The translations under genes and the position numbers were made by a program. The notes beneath the pieces are model-generated. The model was given only the letters and a program-made list of their open reading frames with translations, did no database searches and was not told where the DNA came from. Below, piece by piece: positions 28,852 through 38,489 of a stretch of DNA of 64,000 nt. Position 1 is the first letter of the stretch, and each line of letters starts with the position of its first letter. This stretch comes from a candidate division WOR-3 bacterium (lineage in GTDB: Bacteria; Hydrothermota; Hydrothermia; Hydrothermales; JAJRUZ01), in the NCBI GenBank assembly GCA_039803925.1, contig JBDRZL010000003.1, positions 67,855 to 131,854 on the forward strand, read 5' to 3'.

Positions 28852-29955
28852 TTATTTTTTTTGATTTAAAATTTTCAATATAAAGGTTAAAATAGGTAAA
28901 AAAATCAATATAGAAAGATATAAGTAGTTTATTTTTTCAGTATAAATAAAAATACTTTTACTTGATAAAAAATTTAAAAGAAAAAAAATTGTTTTTTTTG
29001 TTATCTCTGTAAAAATTAAAAATCTTTCTGTCAAAAATCCAAAAGGTGAAATTAAACTTATTATTCCTCCAAGTATAGATAAAAAAATAAGGGGTGAGAG
29101 AATAATATTTGATAATGGAGCAATAAGTGAAATATTTTTGAAAAAAAAGTAAATATAAGGAAAAACAAATAGCTGTGCAGAAAGTGAAACAGAAAAGGGA
29201 AGGTATAAGAAGTTTCTTAAAAAATAGTTTTTAATTTTCATTTTGTTAAAAAGGGGGAATAAAACTATTATTCCTGTTGTTGCAAGATAGGATAGATGAA
29301 AGCCTGGGTCAAAAGCGCTTTCAGGGAAAAATGTAAGGGATAAAAGTCCAGCATTTCCCAGAATAGAAAGTGGATGTACCTTTATATTTAAAGAAAAAGT
29401 TAAAAGAAAAGATACTATCATTATATAGGATCTCAAAACAGAAGGTCTTAATGGAATAATTGATGTATAAAAAGTGAGTCCTAAAACTGAAAGTATCATC
29501 GCCTTTTTAAAGTTTAGTCTTAAAAAAATAAAAAAGAAAATAAAAATAGATGCTATTATTGCCATATGAAGACCTGAAATAGCAAGAAAGTGAAGTGTTC
29601 CTGTTTTTATAAATTTTTTTAAATTTTCTTTATTTAATTTGCTTCTTTCACCTAATAAAAGGGTAAGTAAGAATTCCTTTGTTTCCGATTCAAAGTTTTT
29701 TTCTATTTTGTTTTTAAAGTATTTGTTTAAATTTTTTAGCAAAATAGGATAATTCAAATTTTTACTTTCTTTTTCATTTAAATAAAAATGCAGACTTCCA
29801 AGTGGAATAAAGGTTAAATATTTAAATGGTGAAATTAAAAATATTAAAAAAACTAAAATACTCAAAAAAAAATTTTTAATGTTTTTACCTAAAATTATTC
29901 CAGAAAAAAAGAGTATAAAGATAATAAAACTTGGGTATTTTTTAAATATTTGCAT
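28852..29955 (-). CDS. ComEC/Rec2-family competence-domain membrane protein (short form).
   Basis: LLLGERSKLNKENLKKFIKTGTLHFLAISGLHMAIIAS matches the ComEC competence-domain signature (...G..HLLAISGLHV...). Polytopic. No C-terminal MBL domain. Confidence 0.6.
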   Translation of the reverse strand: MQIFKKYPSFIIFILFFSGIILGKNIKNFFLSILVFLIFLISPFKYLTFIPLGSLHFYLNEKESKNLNYPILLKNLNKYFKNKIEKNFESETKEFLLTLLLGERSKLNKENLKKFIKTGTLHFLAISGLHMAIIASIFIFFFIFLRLNFKKAMILSVLGLTFYTSIIPLRPSVLRSYIMIVSFLLTFSLNIKVHPLSILGNAGLLSLTFFPESAFDPGFHLSYLATTGIIVLFPLFNKMKIKNYFLRNFLYLPFSVSLSAQLFVFPYIYFFFKNISLIAPLSNIILSPLIFLSILGGIISLISPFGFLTERFLIFTEITKKTIFFLLNFLSSKSIFIYTEKINYLYLSILIFLPILTFILKILNQKK

Positions 29956-30038
29956 TTTTAAAAAATATATGGTATTTTATAGAGATTTATTTTAAAGGTT
30001 CAAATCCTAAAGTTTTTTAATCAAAAGGAGTTTTTAAG

Positions 30039-30245
30039 ATGCGTCTCACAGGTCGTGTAAAGTGGTTCAACGCAAAAAAAGGATATGGATTCATTGTTCC
30101 TGACGATGGATCTGAAGAGCTTTTTGTCCATTACTCGGACATAGAGATAGATGGATTTAAAACCTTAAGACAGGGTGAAGCTGTGAGTTTTGAAAAAGTA
30201 GATTCACCAAAAGGCCCCAAGGCTGTAAAAGTAAAAAGAGCCTAA
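30039..30245 (+). CDS. cspA: Cold-shock protein.
   Basis: [31 protein letters not shown] with RNP1/RNP2 motifs. Confidence 0.9.
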   Translation: MRLTGRVKWFNAKKGYGFIVPDDGSEELFVHYSDIEIDGFKTLRQGEAVSFEKVDSPKGPKAVKVKRA

Positions 30246-30270
30246 ATAGAATTTTATAGTTCTATAAAGG

Positions 30271-31284
30271 GTGGAAAAAATTGGGTTGGTGGGTTTCCCA
30301 AATTCAGGGAAATCCACCTTCTTTTATATTGTAACAGGGAAGGAAGTAGAGAGAAATATCTATCCATTCACAACCATTGGTAAAAATGAAGGAAAGGCAG
30401 AGATTGAAGATGAGCTTTTAAAAAAACTCGCTCTTAAGGCTCAGTCAAAGGAGATAAGAAATTTTAAGATAAATGTTTATGATATTGCAGGGATAATTGA
30501 GGGTGCCCATAAAGGAGAAGGTCTTGGTAATGAGTTTCTTTCTTATATAAGAGAAGCTGATTTATTAATATTTATTTTAAGGGGTTTTAGTGATGAAAGA
30601 GTTTCTTCTTATTTAAAAGAAATAAATCCTGATAAGGAAAGAGAAATTCTTTTAATAGAACTTTCTATTTCAGATATGGAAAGAATAGAAAAAAAATTGA
30701 AAGAGAAAAATTTAAATAAGGATTTAAGGGAAAAATTAATTGAAGCAAAGGAAAAAATTGAAAAGGGTCTTGAACCAGAAGATATAAAAGATTTTCCCCT
30801 TTTAATGGCAAAGAAGAAGATTTTTGTTATAAATTCTGATGATAAAAAGAAAGATTATAAACTTGATATTAAGGATAAATATTTTATTTCTCCTTTAAAA
30901 ATATATGAAGAATTAAAAGATCTAAGTGAAGAAGAAAGGGAAGAAATTTTAAAAGAATTAAAAAAAGAAGGTTTTTCTTCTCCCTTTGAAATTCTGGAAT
31001 ATACCTTTAATTTTCTTGGGTTTATAAGATTTTATACATTAAAGGGTGAGATTGCAAGTGCCTTTCCACTTAAAAAAGGAAAGAATGCTTATGAAGCAGC
31101 AGGTAAGATTCATAGTGATATTCAGAAGGGATTTATAAAAGTAGAAGTTGCAAACCCTTTTGACTTTCTTGAAATTCCTTCTTGGAAAGAACTTAAGGAA
31201 AAGGGAAAAATAGAGATTCACGGACCGGATTATATTGTTAAGGATAGAGATATTCTTGAATTTAAGTTTAGTTCAACTGTATAA
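30271..31284 (+). CDS. ychF: Ribosome-binding ATPase YchF (Obg-like, TGS-domain C-terminus).
   Basis: GFPNSGKST, NYPFTTI, and DIAGIIEGAHKGEGLGNEFLSYIREADL blocks. C-terminal TGS-like domain. GTG start. Confidence 0.85.
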   Translation: MEKIGLVGFPNSGKSTFFYIVTGKEVERNIYPFTTIGKNEGKAEIEDELLKKLALKAQSKEIRNFKINVYDIAGIIEGAHKGEGLGNEFLSYIREADLLIFILRGFSDERVSSYLKEINPDKEREILLIELSISDMERIEKKLKEKNLNKDLREKLIEAKEKIEKGLEPEDIKDFPLLMAKKKIFVINSDDKKKDYKLDIKDKYFISPLKIYEELKDLSEEEREEILKELKKEGFSSPFEILEYTFNFLGFIRFYTLKGEIASAFPLKKGKNAYEAAGKIHSDIQKGFIKVEVANPFDFLEIPSWKELKEKGKIEIHGPDYIVKDRDILEFKFSSTV

Positions 31285-31296
31285 TTAACTTTTAAA

Positions 31297-31353
31297 CTTG
31301 TCTCAGGACCCGTAGGTAAAAATTACGGGTTCCATACCCAACCTGAGACATTT
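31297..31353 (+). promoter_or_regulatory. Nested stem-loop between ychF and rpsF. Candidate ychF terminator and/or an S6:S18-binding rpsF leader.
   Basis: Outer stem TGTCTCAGG (31299-31307) pairs with CCTGAGACA (31342-31350). Inner stem ACCCGTA / TACGGGT with loop GGTAAAAAT. Followed by TTTT and then the rpsF RBS. Confidence 0.4.
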
Positions 31354-31372
31354 TAAACAAAAGGAGGAAAAA

Positions 31373-31699
31373 TTGCGAGAGTATGAAATGATGTTTATTT
31401 TAGACCCTGAACTGGATGTTGAGAAAAGAAAGGAAATCTATAATAAATTGGAAAATCTTATAAAGGAAAATGGTGGAGAAATTTTAAAGGTGGATGACTG
31501 GGGAATCAGGGAGTTTGCTTATCCTATAAGGCATAAAAATTCCGGTTTTTACAGTGTATGGGAATTTAAATCAGGTCCAGAGCTTCCCATTTTTTTAAGA
31601 AATCAGATTCGTCTGATTAGAGAAATATTTCGTGTAATGATATTGAGAAAGGAAAATGTAAAATCTTTTAAAGGAAAGAAGGAGGTGGAAGTTGGCTGA
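31373..31699 (+). CDS. rpsF: 30S ribosomal protein S6.
   Basis: (M)REYEMMFILDPELD... TTG start 5 nt after AAGGAGG. Confidence 0.9.
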   Translation: MREYEMMFILDPELDVEKRKEIYNKLENLIKENGGEILKVDDWGIREFAYPIRHKNSGFYSVWEFKSGPELPIFLRNQIRLIREIFRVMILRKENVKSFKGKKEVEVG

Positions 31700-31716
31700 T
31701 ATAAAGATTCCGAATA

Positions 31717-32120
31717 TGAATTTAGTAATTCTTTCAGGGAGACTTGTCCAGAGTCCTGAAATAAGATTTACCCCTCAGGGTAGGGCAATATCAAGATTTA
31801 GGCTTGCTTCTACTAGACCTTACAGAGATCCTTCAACAGGTGATTGGAAAGAGGATACTCTTTTTATAAATGTAGTAACCTTTGGTGCGCTTGCTGAAAG
31901 AGTAAACCAGAAACTTTCTAAAGGTTCACCTGTTTTTATTGAAGGTAGATTACAATCAAGAACCTTTGAGACTCAAAATGGTGAAAAAAGGAGTGTTGTT
32001 GAAGTTGTTGGTTTAAGGGTTCAATTTTTAGAAAAGGAAAAGACAGAAGAGATATCTGTTGCACCTGAAGAAGAATTACCACCTGAGGAGATACCACCTG
32101 AGGATGATTTACCTTTTTAA
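31717..32120 (+). CDS. ssb: Single-stranded DNA-binding protein.
   Basis: [31 protein letters not shown] (OB-fold SSB). Acidic C-terminal tail ending DDLPF. The ATG at 31717 is preferred over the upstream TTG at 31692. Confidence 0.85.
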
Positions 32121-32133
32121 AAGGAGGGAAAAT

Positions 32134-32349
32134 ATGAAATCAAAAAAATGTAGGTTTTGTAAAGAAGGAATAGGAATAATAGATTACAAAGATGTTGAAA
32201 CTTTGAAAAATTATCTTACTCCAAGAGGTAAGATAATGACAATAAGACAGACAAAGCTCTGTGCATACCATCAGAGGAAGCTTGCCCTTGCATTAAAAAG
32301 AGCAAGACAGATGGCACTTTTACCATTTGTAAAAGAATATGTAATCTAA
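32134..32349 (+). CDS. rpsR: 30S ribosomal protein S18.
   Basis: [61 protein letters not shown] lies after AAGGAGGG. The ORF-track start at 32059 is inside ssb. Confidence 0.9.
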   Translation: MKSKKCRFCKEGIGIIDYKDVETLKNYLTPRGKIMTIRQTKLCAYHQRKLALALKRARQMALLPFVKEYVI

Positions 32350-32351
32350 TT

Positions 32352-32798
32352 ATGAAGGTTATACTTTTGAAAGATATAAAAGGACTTGGTAAAGAAGGTG
32401 AGATAAAAGTAGTAAAAGATGGATTTGCTAGAAATTTTTTGATACCAAAGGGTTTAGCAGTTCCGGCAACGGAAGGTATAATAAGGCATTTAAAGGAAGT
32501 TGAAAAACAGAAATTAAATAAAGAAAAGCATTTAATAGAACAGGCAGAAAGGCTTAAAGATTCTTTATCTTCAATATCTATTTCCTTTACCTTAAAGGGT
32601 AAAGAAAAAACTTACGGAGCTGTGACAAAGGTTGATATAGTTAAAGCCCTTGAAGAAAGAGGTTTTAAAAATATTGAAAAGACTCAGATTGAACTTGATT
32701 CACCTTTAAAAGAACCAGGTTTATATGAAATTCCAATAAAACTTTACAAAAATATTGAAGGAATAATAAAGGTCTGGGTTATAAGGGAAGAATCTTGA
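32352..32798 (+). CDS. rplI: 50S ribosomal protein L9.
   Basis: [37 protein letters not shown]. Confidence 0.9.
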   Translation: MKVILLKDIKGLGKEGEIKVVKDGFARNFLIPKGLAVPATEGIIRHLKEVEKQKLNKEKHLIEQAERLKDSLSSISISFTLKGKEKTYGAVTKVDIVKALEERGFKNIEKTQIELDSPLKEPGLYEIPIKLYKNIEGIIKVWVIREES

Positions 32799-33493
32799 AT
32801 TCTTTTTTTTTCTGGCATTTAACTTTTGCTCATTTTCTTACAGATTATCCTCTTCAAACAGATAAACTTTTTGAAAAGAAAACTAAAAGTGTCTTAGGCA
32901 TTTTAATTCATGGTCTTTTGCTTTTTTCTTCAATGTTCTTATTTCTTTTGCCTTTTTCTTTTTCTTTAAATGTTCTTTTTGGGATTATTCTTATAACAAT
33001 TTTGCATATACTTCAGGATAAATTTAAGGTATTCTTATCTTATAGAGAAGAAATTGGAGAAAATTTTTTTTATTATGTAATTGATCAGCTATTGCATATA
33101 TTTATCATTTTCATTTTTTCTAAGTATTATTCGCTTCCTGAAGTAAAGGAAAAGGGTTTATGGTTTGAGCCCTTTTTTTTTAAAATTTTAACATTTATTA
33201 TTATTGTTACTTATGCTTACTGGATTCTTTTATATTCAATAGAATATACATTTTTTAAGTACAATAATCTTATTCAGGGAAAAATGAAATTTTGGGGATT
33301 TGTTGAAAGGGGTTCTTCCTTTTTTCTTTATTTTTTAAATCCTTTTCTTTCTTTAATTCCTTTTATTTCAACCCTTTATTTTATATTTAACTTTAAAGAA
33401 AAAGAAGTTAAGTTTTTTTATGTTTTTAGATCTTTTTCAGGTATAATTTTAACAATTTTGACTGCTTTTTTATTTTATAATTTTATATTATGA
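32795..33493 (+). CDS. DUF3307-family membrane protein.
   Basis: The N-terminus [16 protein letters not shown] matches the H..DF.LQ motif of DUF3307. Polytopic. Confidence 0.5.
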   Translation: MNSFFFWHLTFAHFLTDYPLQTDKLFEKKTKSVLGILIHGLLLFSSMFLFLLPFSFSLNVLFGIILITILHILQDKFKVFLSYREEIGENFFYYVIDQLLHIFIIFIFSKYYSLPEVKEKGLWFEPFFFKILTFIIIVTYAYWILLYSIEYTFFKYNNLIQGKMKFWGFVERGSSFFLYFLNPFLSLIPFISTLYFIFNFKEKEVKFFYVFRSFSGIILTILTAFLFYNFIL

Positions 33494-33942
33494 ATGAACC
33501 TCAAATTGTAGAAGTAGAAGTTTTTTCAATTTATCAACAAACCCTTGGTCCTGAGGGTGCTTTAAGTGAAGAGACTTTTGTGGTTGTTTTAAAAGAGAAA
33601 AACAGGAACCGTTTTCTTCCCATATGGATTGGAAAACCAGAGGCACAAGCAATTTATATGGGTATGAAAGGTATAGTTTATGAAAGACCTTTAACCCATG
33701 ATTTGATTAAATCAATTCTTGATGCTTTTGATATTCAGTTAGAGAAAATTATTATTAATGCTTTAAAAGATACAACTTATTATGCAAGACTTCTGTTTAA
33801 AGATAAAGAAGGAAACATTTATTCTATTGATGCAAGACCCTCTGATTCAATAGCAATTGCTTTAAGAACAGGCTCAAAGATTTTTGTAGCTGAGGAAATT
33901 ATGCAAAAAGGTGAAGAATTTGATTTAAAAGAGGGATTTTAA
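33490..33942 (+). CDS. Bifunctional nuclease family protein (BFN / DUF151 domain).
   Basis: FLPIWIGKPEAQAI...RPLTHDL...DARPSDSIAIALR is the BFN signature. Confidence 0.7.
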   Translation: MNEPQIVEVEVFSIYQQTLGPEGALSEETFVVVLKEKNRNRFLPIWIGKPEAQAIYMGMKGIVYERPLTHDLIKSILDAFDIQLEKIIINALKDTTYYARLLFKDKEGNIYSIDARPSDSIAIALRTGSKIFVAEEIMQKGEEFDLKEGF

Positions 33943-33965
33943 TAATTTTAAAAAAGGAGGGAACC

Positions 33966-35459
33966 ATGAAGGAGTATTTAAATTACATTGATGGTAAATG
34001 GAAACCTTCAAAGTCAGGGAAGTTTTTTGAAAATAGAAATCCTGCAAACTGGGATGAAGTTATTGGAATTTTCCCTAAATCAGTAAGAGAAGATGTAGAA
34101 GAAGCTGTTTTAGCTGCAAAAAAGGCTTTTAAGATGTGGTCAAAAGTTCCAGCACCTAAGAGAGCTGAAGTAATGAGAAAAGCTGCTCAAATTCTTCTTG
34201 AAAGAAAAGAAGAAGTTGCTAAACTTCTTGCAAGGGAAAATGGAAAGATAATGAAGGAGGCAAGAGGTGATGTACAGGAAGGAATTGATACTGCTTTCTA
34301 TGCCTTTGGAGAAGGAAGAAGACTATTCTCTTATAACACTCCCTCAGAACTTCCTGATAAATTTGCTTTGACATTCAGAATGCCTGTTGGTGTTTTTGCT
34401 GTTATAACACCATGGAATTTTCCAATTGCTCTTCCTGCATGGAAAATTTTCCCTGCTCTTTTAGCAGGTAATACTCTTGTTTTTAAACCACCTTCTGATG
34501 CTCCAGCCTGTGCTTACGAACTTGTTAAGATTTTAGAAGAAGCAGGAGCACCTCCTGGTGTTATAAATCTTGTATTCGGAGGAGGTAGTGAAGTTGGAGA
34601 AATTTTACTTTCTCATCCTGATATAAGGGGTGTTGCTTTTACTGGTTCTTCAGAAGTAGGTTCTAGAATAGCAGAGGTTGCTGGAAAAAATCTTAAGAAA
34701 GTTTCCCTTGAACTTGGTGGTAAGAATGCCCAAATTGTCATGCCTGATGCAAATCTTGAACTTGCCCTTGAAGGAGCCTTATGGGGAGCTTATGCAACAG
34801 CAGGTCAGAGATGCACTGCTACATCAAGGATAATTGTTCATCAGGATATTTATGATAAGTTTATTGAGATGTTTGTGGAGAGAGCAAAGCTTTTAAAAAT
34901 CGGAAACCCTCTTGATGAAAGAACTGAAATGGGTCCTGTTATTAATGAAGCTCAGAGGAATAAGATTCATTCATATGTAGAAATTGGTAATAAGGAAGGT
35001 GCAAAACTTATTCTTGGTGGAGAACCTTTAAAGGGAGATGAATATGATAAAGGTTTCTTTTATAAACCTACTGTATTTAAAGATGCTGAACCTTCTATGA
35101 GGATCTGTCAGGAAGAGATATTTGGACCTGTTGTTGCTTTTATAAAGGCTAAAAATCTTGATGAGGCTATTGATATATTAAATGGAACAAAATATGGTCT
35201 TTCTTCTTCAATTTATACACAGGATATAAATAATGCAATGAAAGCAATAGAGAAGATTGAAGCTGGTATTACTTATGTAAATGGACCAACAATAGGAGCA
35301 GAGTGTCATCTTCCCTTTGGAGGAATAAAGGCTACTGGTAATGGACACAGGGAAGGCGGGTGGACGGTTTATGATATTTTTACAGAGATAAAAACAGTTT
35401 ATATAGATTATTCAGGAAAACTTCAAAAAGCTCAGATTGATACATGGGAAAATAAATAA
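33966..35459 (+). CDS. NAD(P)-dependent aldehyde dehydrogenase.
   Basis: The ALDH glutamate and cysteine active-site blocks are present (LELGGKNA and ...GQRCTATSR). Confidence 0.85.
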   Translation: MKEYLNYIDGKWKPSKSGKFFENRNPANWDEVIGIFPKSVREDVEEAVLAAKKAFKMWSKVPAPKRAEVMRKAAQILLERKEEVAKLLARENGKIMKEARGDVQEGIDTAFYAFGEGRRLFSYNTPSELPDKFALTFRMPVGVFAVITPWNFPIALPAWKIFPALLAGNTLVFKPPSDAPACAYELVKILEEAGAPPGVINLVFGGGSEVGEILLSHPDIRGVAFTGSSEVGSRIAEVAGKNLKKVSLELGGKNAQIVMPDANLELALEGALWGAYATAGQRCTATSRIIVHQDIYDKFIEMFVERAKLLKIGNPLDERTEMGPVINEAQRNKIHSYVEIGNKEGAKLILGGEPLKGDEYDKGFFYKPTVFKDAEPSMRICQEEIFGPVVAFIKAKNLDEAIDILNGTKYGLSSSIYTQDINNAMKAIEKIEAGITYVNGPTIGAECHLPFGGIKATGNGHREGGWTVYDIFTEIKTVYIDYSGKLQKAQIDTWENK

Positions 35460-35462
35460 CTT

Positions 35463-35491
35463 TTGACATTTATAAAAATTTGACTTAAAAT
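35463..35491 (+). promoter_or_regulatory. Candidate sigma70-like promoter upstream of the second S8 protease.
   Basis: TTGACA at 35463-35468, a 17-nt spacer, and TAAAAT at 35486-35491. Confidence 0.35.
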
Positions 35492-35587
35492 AAAAATAAT
35501 TTATAAAGGGTTTAAAGGAAAAAATATAAAAAATTTAATTAGGGGAGCAAGTTTATATAATATATATAGGTTAAGAAGGAGGTATAA

Positions 35588-38443
35588 ATGTTTAAATTTT
35601 TATTAATAATATGGGGGTTAACTCCCCCCTCTTTACCTTTTGAGGGTAAAATAACACCCTCACTAAGAGAAAAATTAAAATCTCTTTTACAGAATGATAG
35701 AATACATGTTGTTGTCCATCTTTCTGATATTTATCCCTATGAAGAAATAGAGATTCTTTCAACAGAAGAAAAAGTTCGGTTTTTTAAGGAATATTCCAAA
35801 AATTCTCAGTCAAAAGTAATAAAATGGCTTGAAGATAATTTTAAGGGTGAATATGAAATTTTAATGCAGAATTTTGCTTATAATGGTTTTCATATGGAGG
35901 CTACTAAAAAAGTTATTTATGCACTTGAAAAAAATGATGATATCTGGTTTATAGATGAAAATCGCGAGGTAAAGATAATATACACAAAAACTGAAAAGGA
36001 TAATACCTATCCAGCAGCTATTGAGTGGAATGTTTCAAAGGTTAAAGCTGATTCCTGCTGGTATGCTGGTTATAATGGACAGGATGTTATAATAGGTCAT
36101 ATTGATACAGGGGTAGAGGTATCTCATCCTGCTCTTTCAGGTAAATGGGTTACAGGTTACTGGTTTGATGGTGTAAATGGAAATCCTAATCCATATGATG
36201 ATAACGGACATGGAACCCATACAATGGGAACTATTCTCGGAGGAGATGGTCCTGGTCCTTTTACAGAAGATATAGGAGTTGCTCCTGGTGCGAAATTTGT
36301 TACAGCCAAGGCTTTTACTTCTGGCGGTTCTGGAAATTATGCAACTATAGACCCATGTATGGACTCAATGGTTTCGTGGAAAGCAAGGGTTGATATAAGG
36401 GCTGTTTCAAACTCATGGGGAGGTTCTGGAACTGATACCCACTGGTGGCAGGTTGTTTATACTTGGCTTTCCCTTGGTATGCTTCCTGTTTTTGCAGCAG
36501 GAAATGAAGGATTTTCTGGTCTAAGAGCCCCTGGAAGTTATCCCCATAATTTATGTGTTGGTGCAACTGATATAAATGATAATATTGCAAGTTTTTCAAG
36601 TAGAGGACCAGCACCAAATCAATCGCCTTGGAATGATACAACCTATTGGTTAAGAAATGACTGGAACTTTATTAAACCACAGATAAGCGCACCTGGGGTA
36701 AATGTTCGGTCCTCTGTTCCAGGTGGGGGTTATGGAGCCTTGAATGGAACTTCAATGGCAACTCCCCATGTAGCCGGTGCAGTTGCAATTATTGTTCAAA
36801 AAAATAATCTGCTTACACCAAAACAGATATACAGTTTAATAATTGATTATCCTGACAAACCTACTCAGGGTTCACCTTATCCAAATAATAATTATGGATG
36901 GGGTAGATTGAATATATGGAAAGCCTTAAAAAATACTCCTTTACCGAATAGACCCTCTATTTTATTTTCAAGGTATAGAGTTGATGATGAAAATGGTAAT
37001 GGAAACGGTATATTTGACCCGGGTGAAACTGTAAATCTTTTTATTACATTGAGAAATATAGGTATTAATGCCACAAATGTAAACGCTGTTTTAAAAACTT
37101 CAGACTCATATGTTAGTGTTTTAGACTCAACTGCACTTTATCCTGATATGCCTGCAGAAAGTTCAAAGGTAAACATTGATCCTTTTGTTGTGACATCTTC
37201 ACCTTCAACTCCACTGGGATATCAGGCTCCCATGGTTCTTAAAATAAATTCCAATGATTCTATCTATGATTTCAGAAATTTCAATTTGAAGGTTGGACTT
37301 ATACCAGTTCTTTACGGAAATCATGATGTTGGTGAAATTTTGCTAACAGTCACAGCTCTTGGAGCAATAGGATTTACAAATAGTAACCAGAATGAAGGTA
37401 GTGGACTTCATTATCCTAAAAATAGTCAAAATTATCTTAAAATTGGTTCAATCTGGGCTGGTAATTCAAATACCTATGTCTTAAACACAGACTATTCAGC
37501 TGATAACGCAGATTGGATGTATTTACCAAATGGATTATTACAGATAGGAGCCACTAAATATTCAGATCAGGATGCAAGTGCAAGGTATGATGATTCAGGA
37601 CACCCCAATTCAAGAGGTGTTGAGGTGCATCAGGAAAGTTTTGCCTGGGCCCTTCCACCCTATAACGATTTTATAATTTTTAAATACACAATAAAAAATA
37701 ACTGGAATTACGATTTGATTGATTTTTACTCAGGAATGTTTCTTGATATTGATATAAGTCCAAATTCTGATACAGGTGGAAGAGATCTTGGAAGGAAAGC
37801 TATTTATTTAAGTAATGGTAACCCTACTCATAACAAATGTCTTGGAATTGCACTTCTTGAACCACAGAACCCGAGAAATATAACATTTATACAGAATTCC
37901 GTTTATGTTGACCCTAATGGCTATATCACGGATGCCTATAAATTTCAATTTCTTAAGGGTTTAATTGGAATTCCTAATACATACCAGAAGGATAACTGGT
38001 CTACTCTTATTTCAGCGGGTCCATTTACAATCCCTTCAGGTGATAGTATTGTTTTAGCATTTGCTGTTGTTGCAGGTGATAGTCTTTTTGATTTTCAGGG
38101 AAATGCTGATACTGCAAGAGATGTCTGGAATGGATTAAGTATTAGAGAAAAACCTGTTTCCTTTATTTATTCAAATAGTCCTTATATCATATCAACTTTT
38201 GGTTTAAAAAATAATGAATTAAAACTTTTTGTTCCTCACTCAGGTAAATATTATGTTTCAATTTATAACCAAACAGGTAGAAGACTCGGTAAAACCTTTA
38301 AATTTTATGAAAAAGAGGGAATTTATACCCTTTCACTTTCAGAAATTATTTCAAAATCAAATAAACTATCCAAGGGCACTTACTTTATAAAACTTAGCTC
38401 GAATTCAAGGGACTTTTTAGGTAAGTTTATTATATTTAAATGA
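35588..38443 (+). CDS. S8 subtilisin-like serine protease with a T9SS-type C-terminal sorting domain (intact paralog of 21748..24728).
   Basis: Asp (GHIDTGVEVSHPAL), His (HGTHTMGTILGG), Asn (SNSWGG) and Ser (GTSMATPHVAGA) motifs. Signal peptide. RBS AAGAAGGAGG. Confidence 0.85.
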   Translation: MFKFLLIIWGLTPPSLPFEGKITPSLREKLKSLLQNDRIHVVVHLSDIYPYEEIEILSTEEKVRFFKEYSKNSQSKVIKWLEDNFKGEYEILMQNFAYNGFHMEATKKVIYALEKNDDIWFIDENREVKIIYTKTEKDNTYPAAIEWNVSKVKADSCWYAGYNGQDVIIGHIDTGVEVSHPALSGKWVTGYWFDGVNGNPNPYDDNGHGTHTMGTILGGDGPGPFTEDIGVAPGAKFVTAKAFTSGGSGNYATIDPCMDSMVSWKARVDIRAVSNSWGGSGTDTHWWQVVYTWLSLGMLPVFAAGNEGFSGLRAPGSYPHNLCVGATDINDNIASFSSRGPAPNQSPWNDTTYWLRNDWNFIKPQISAPGVNVRSSVPGGGYGALNGTSMATPHVAGAVAIIVQKNNLLTPKQIYSLIIDYPDKPTQGSPYPNNNYGWGRLNIWKALKNTPLPNRPSILFSRYRVDDENGNGNGIFDPGETVNLFITLRNIGINATNVNAVLKTSDSYVSVLDSTALYPDMPAESSKVNIDPFVVTSSPSTPLGYQAPMVLKINSNDSIYDFRNFNLKVGLIPVLYGNHDVGEILLTVTALGAIGFTNSNQNEGSGLHYPKNSQNYLKIGSIWAGNSNTYVLNTDYSADNADWMYLPNGLLQIGATKYSDQDASARYDDSGHPNSRGVEVHQESFAWALPPYNDFIIFKYTIKNNWNYDLIDFYSGMFLDIDISPNSDTGGRDLGRKAIYLSNGNPTHNKCLGIALLEPQNPRNITFIQNSVYVDPNGYITDAYKFQFLKGLIGIPNTYQKDNWSTLISAGPFTIPSGDSIVLAFAVVAGDSLFDFQGNADTARDVWNGLSIREKPVSFIYSNSPYIISTFGLKNNELKLFVPHSGKYYVSIYNQTGRRLGKTFKFYEKEGIYTLSLSEIISKSNKLSKGTYFIKLSSNSRDFLGKFIIFK

Positions 38444-38489
38444 AAGTTAATGAAGGGTTTAATCCCCTGAAAAAATAAGGAGGAAAAGC

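Noticed and set aside
32059-32349. The ORF track extends rpsR to a 96-aa protein starting inside ssb.
   Set aside because: The conserved S18 N-terminus [12 protein letters not shown] starts at the ATG at 32134, directly after AAGGAGGG. The upstream extension merely overlaps the acidic tail of SSB in another frame.
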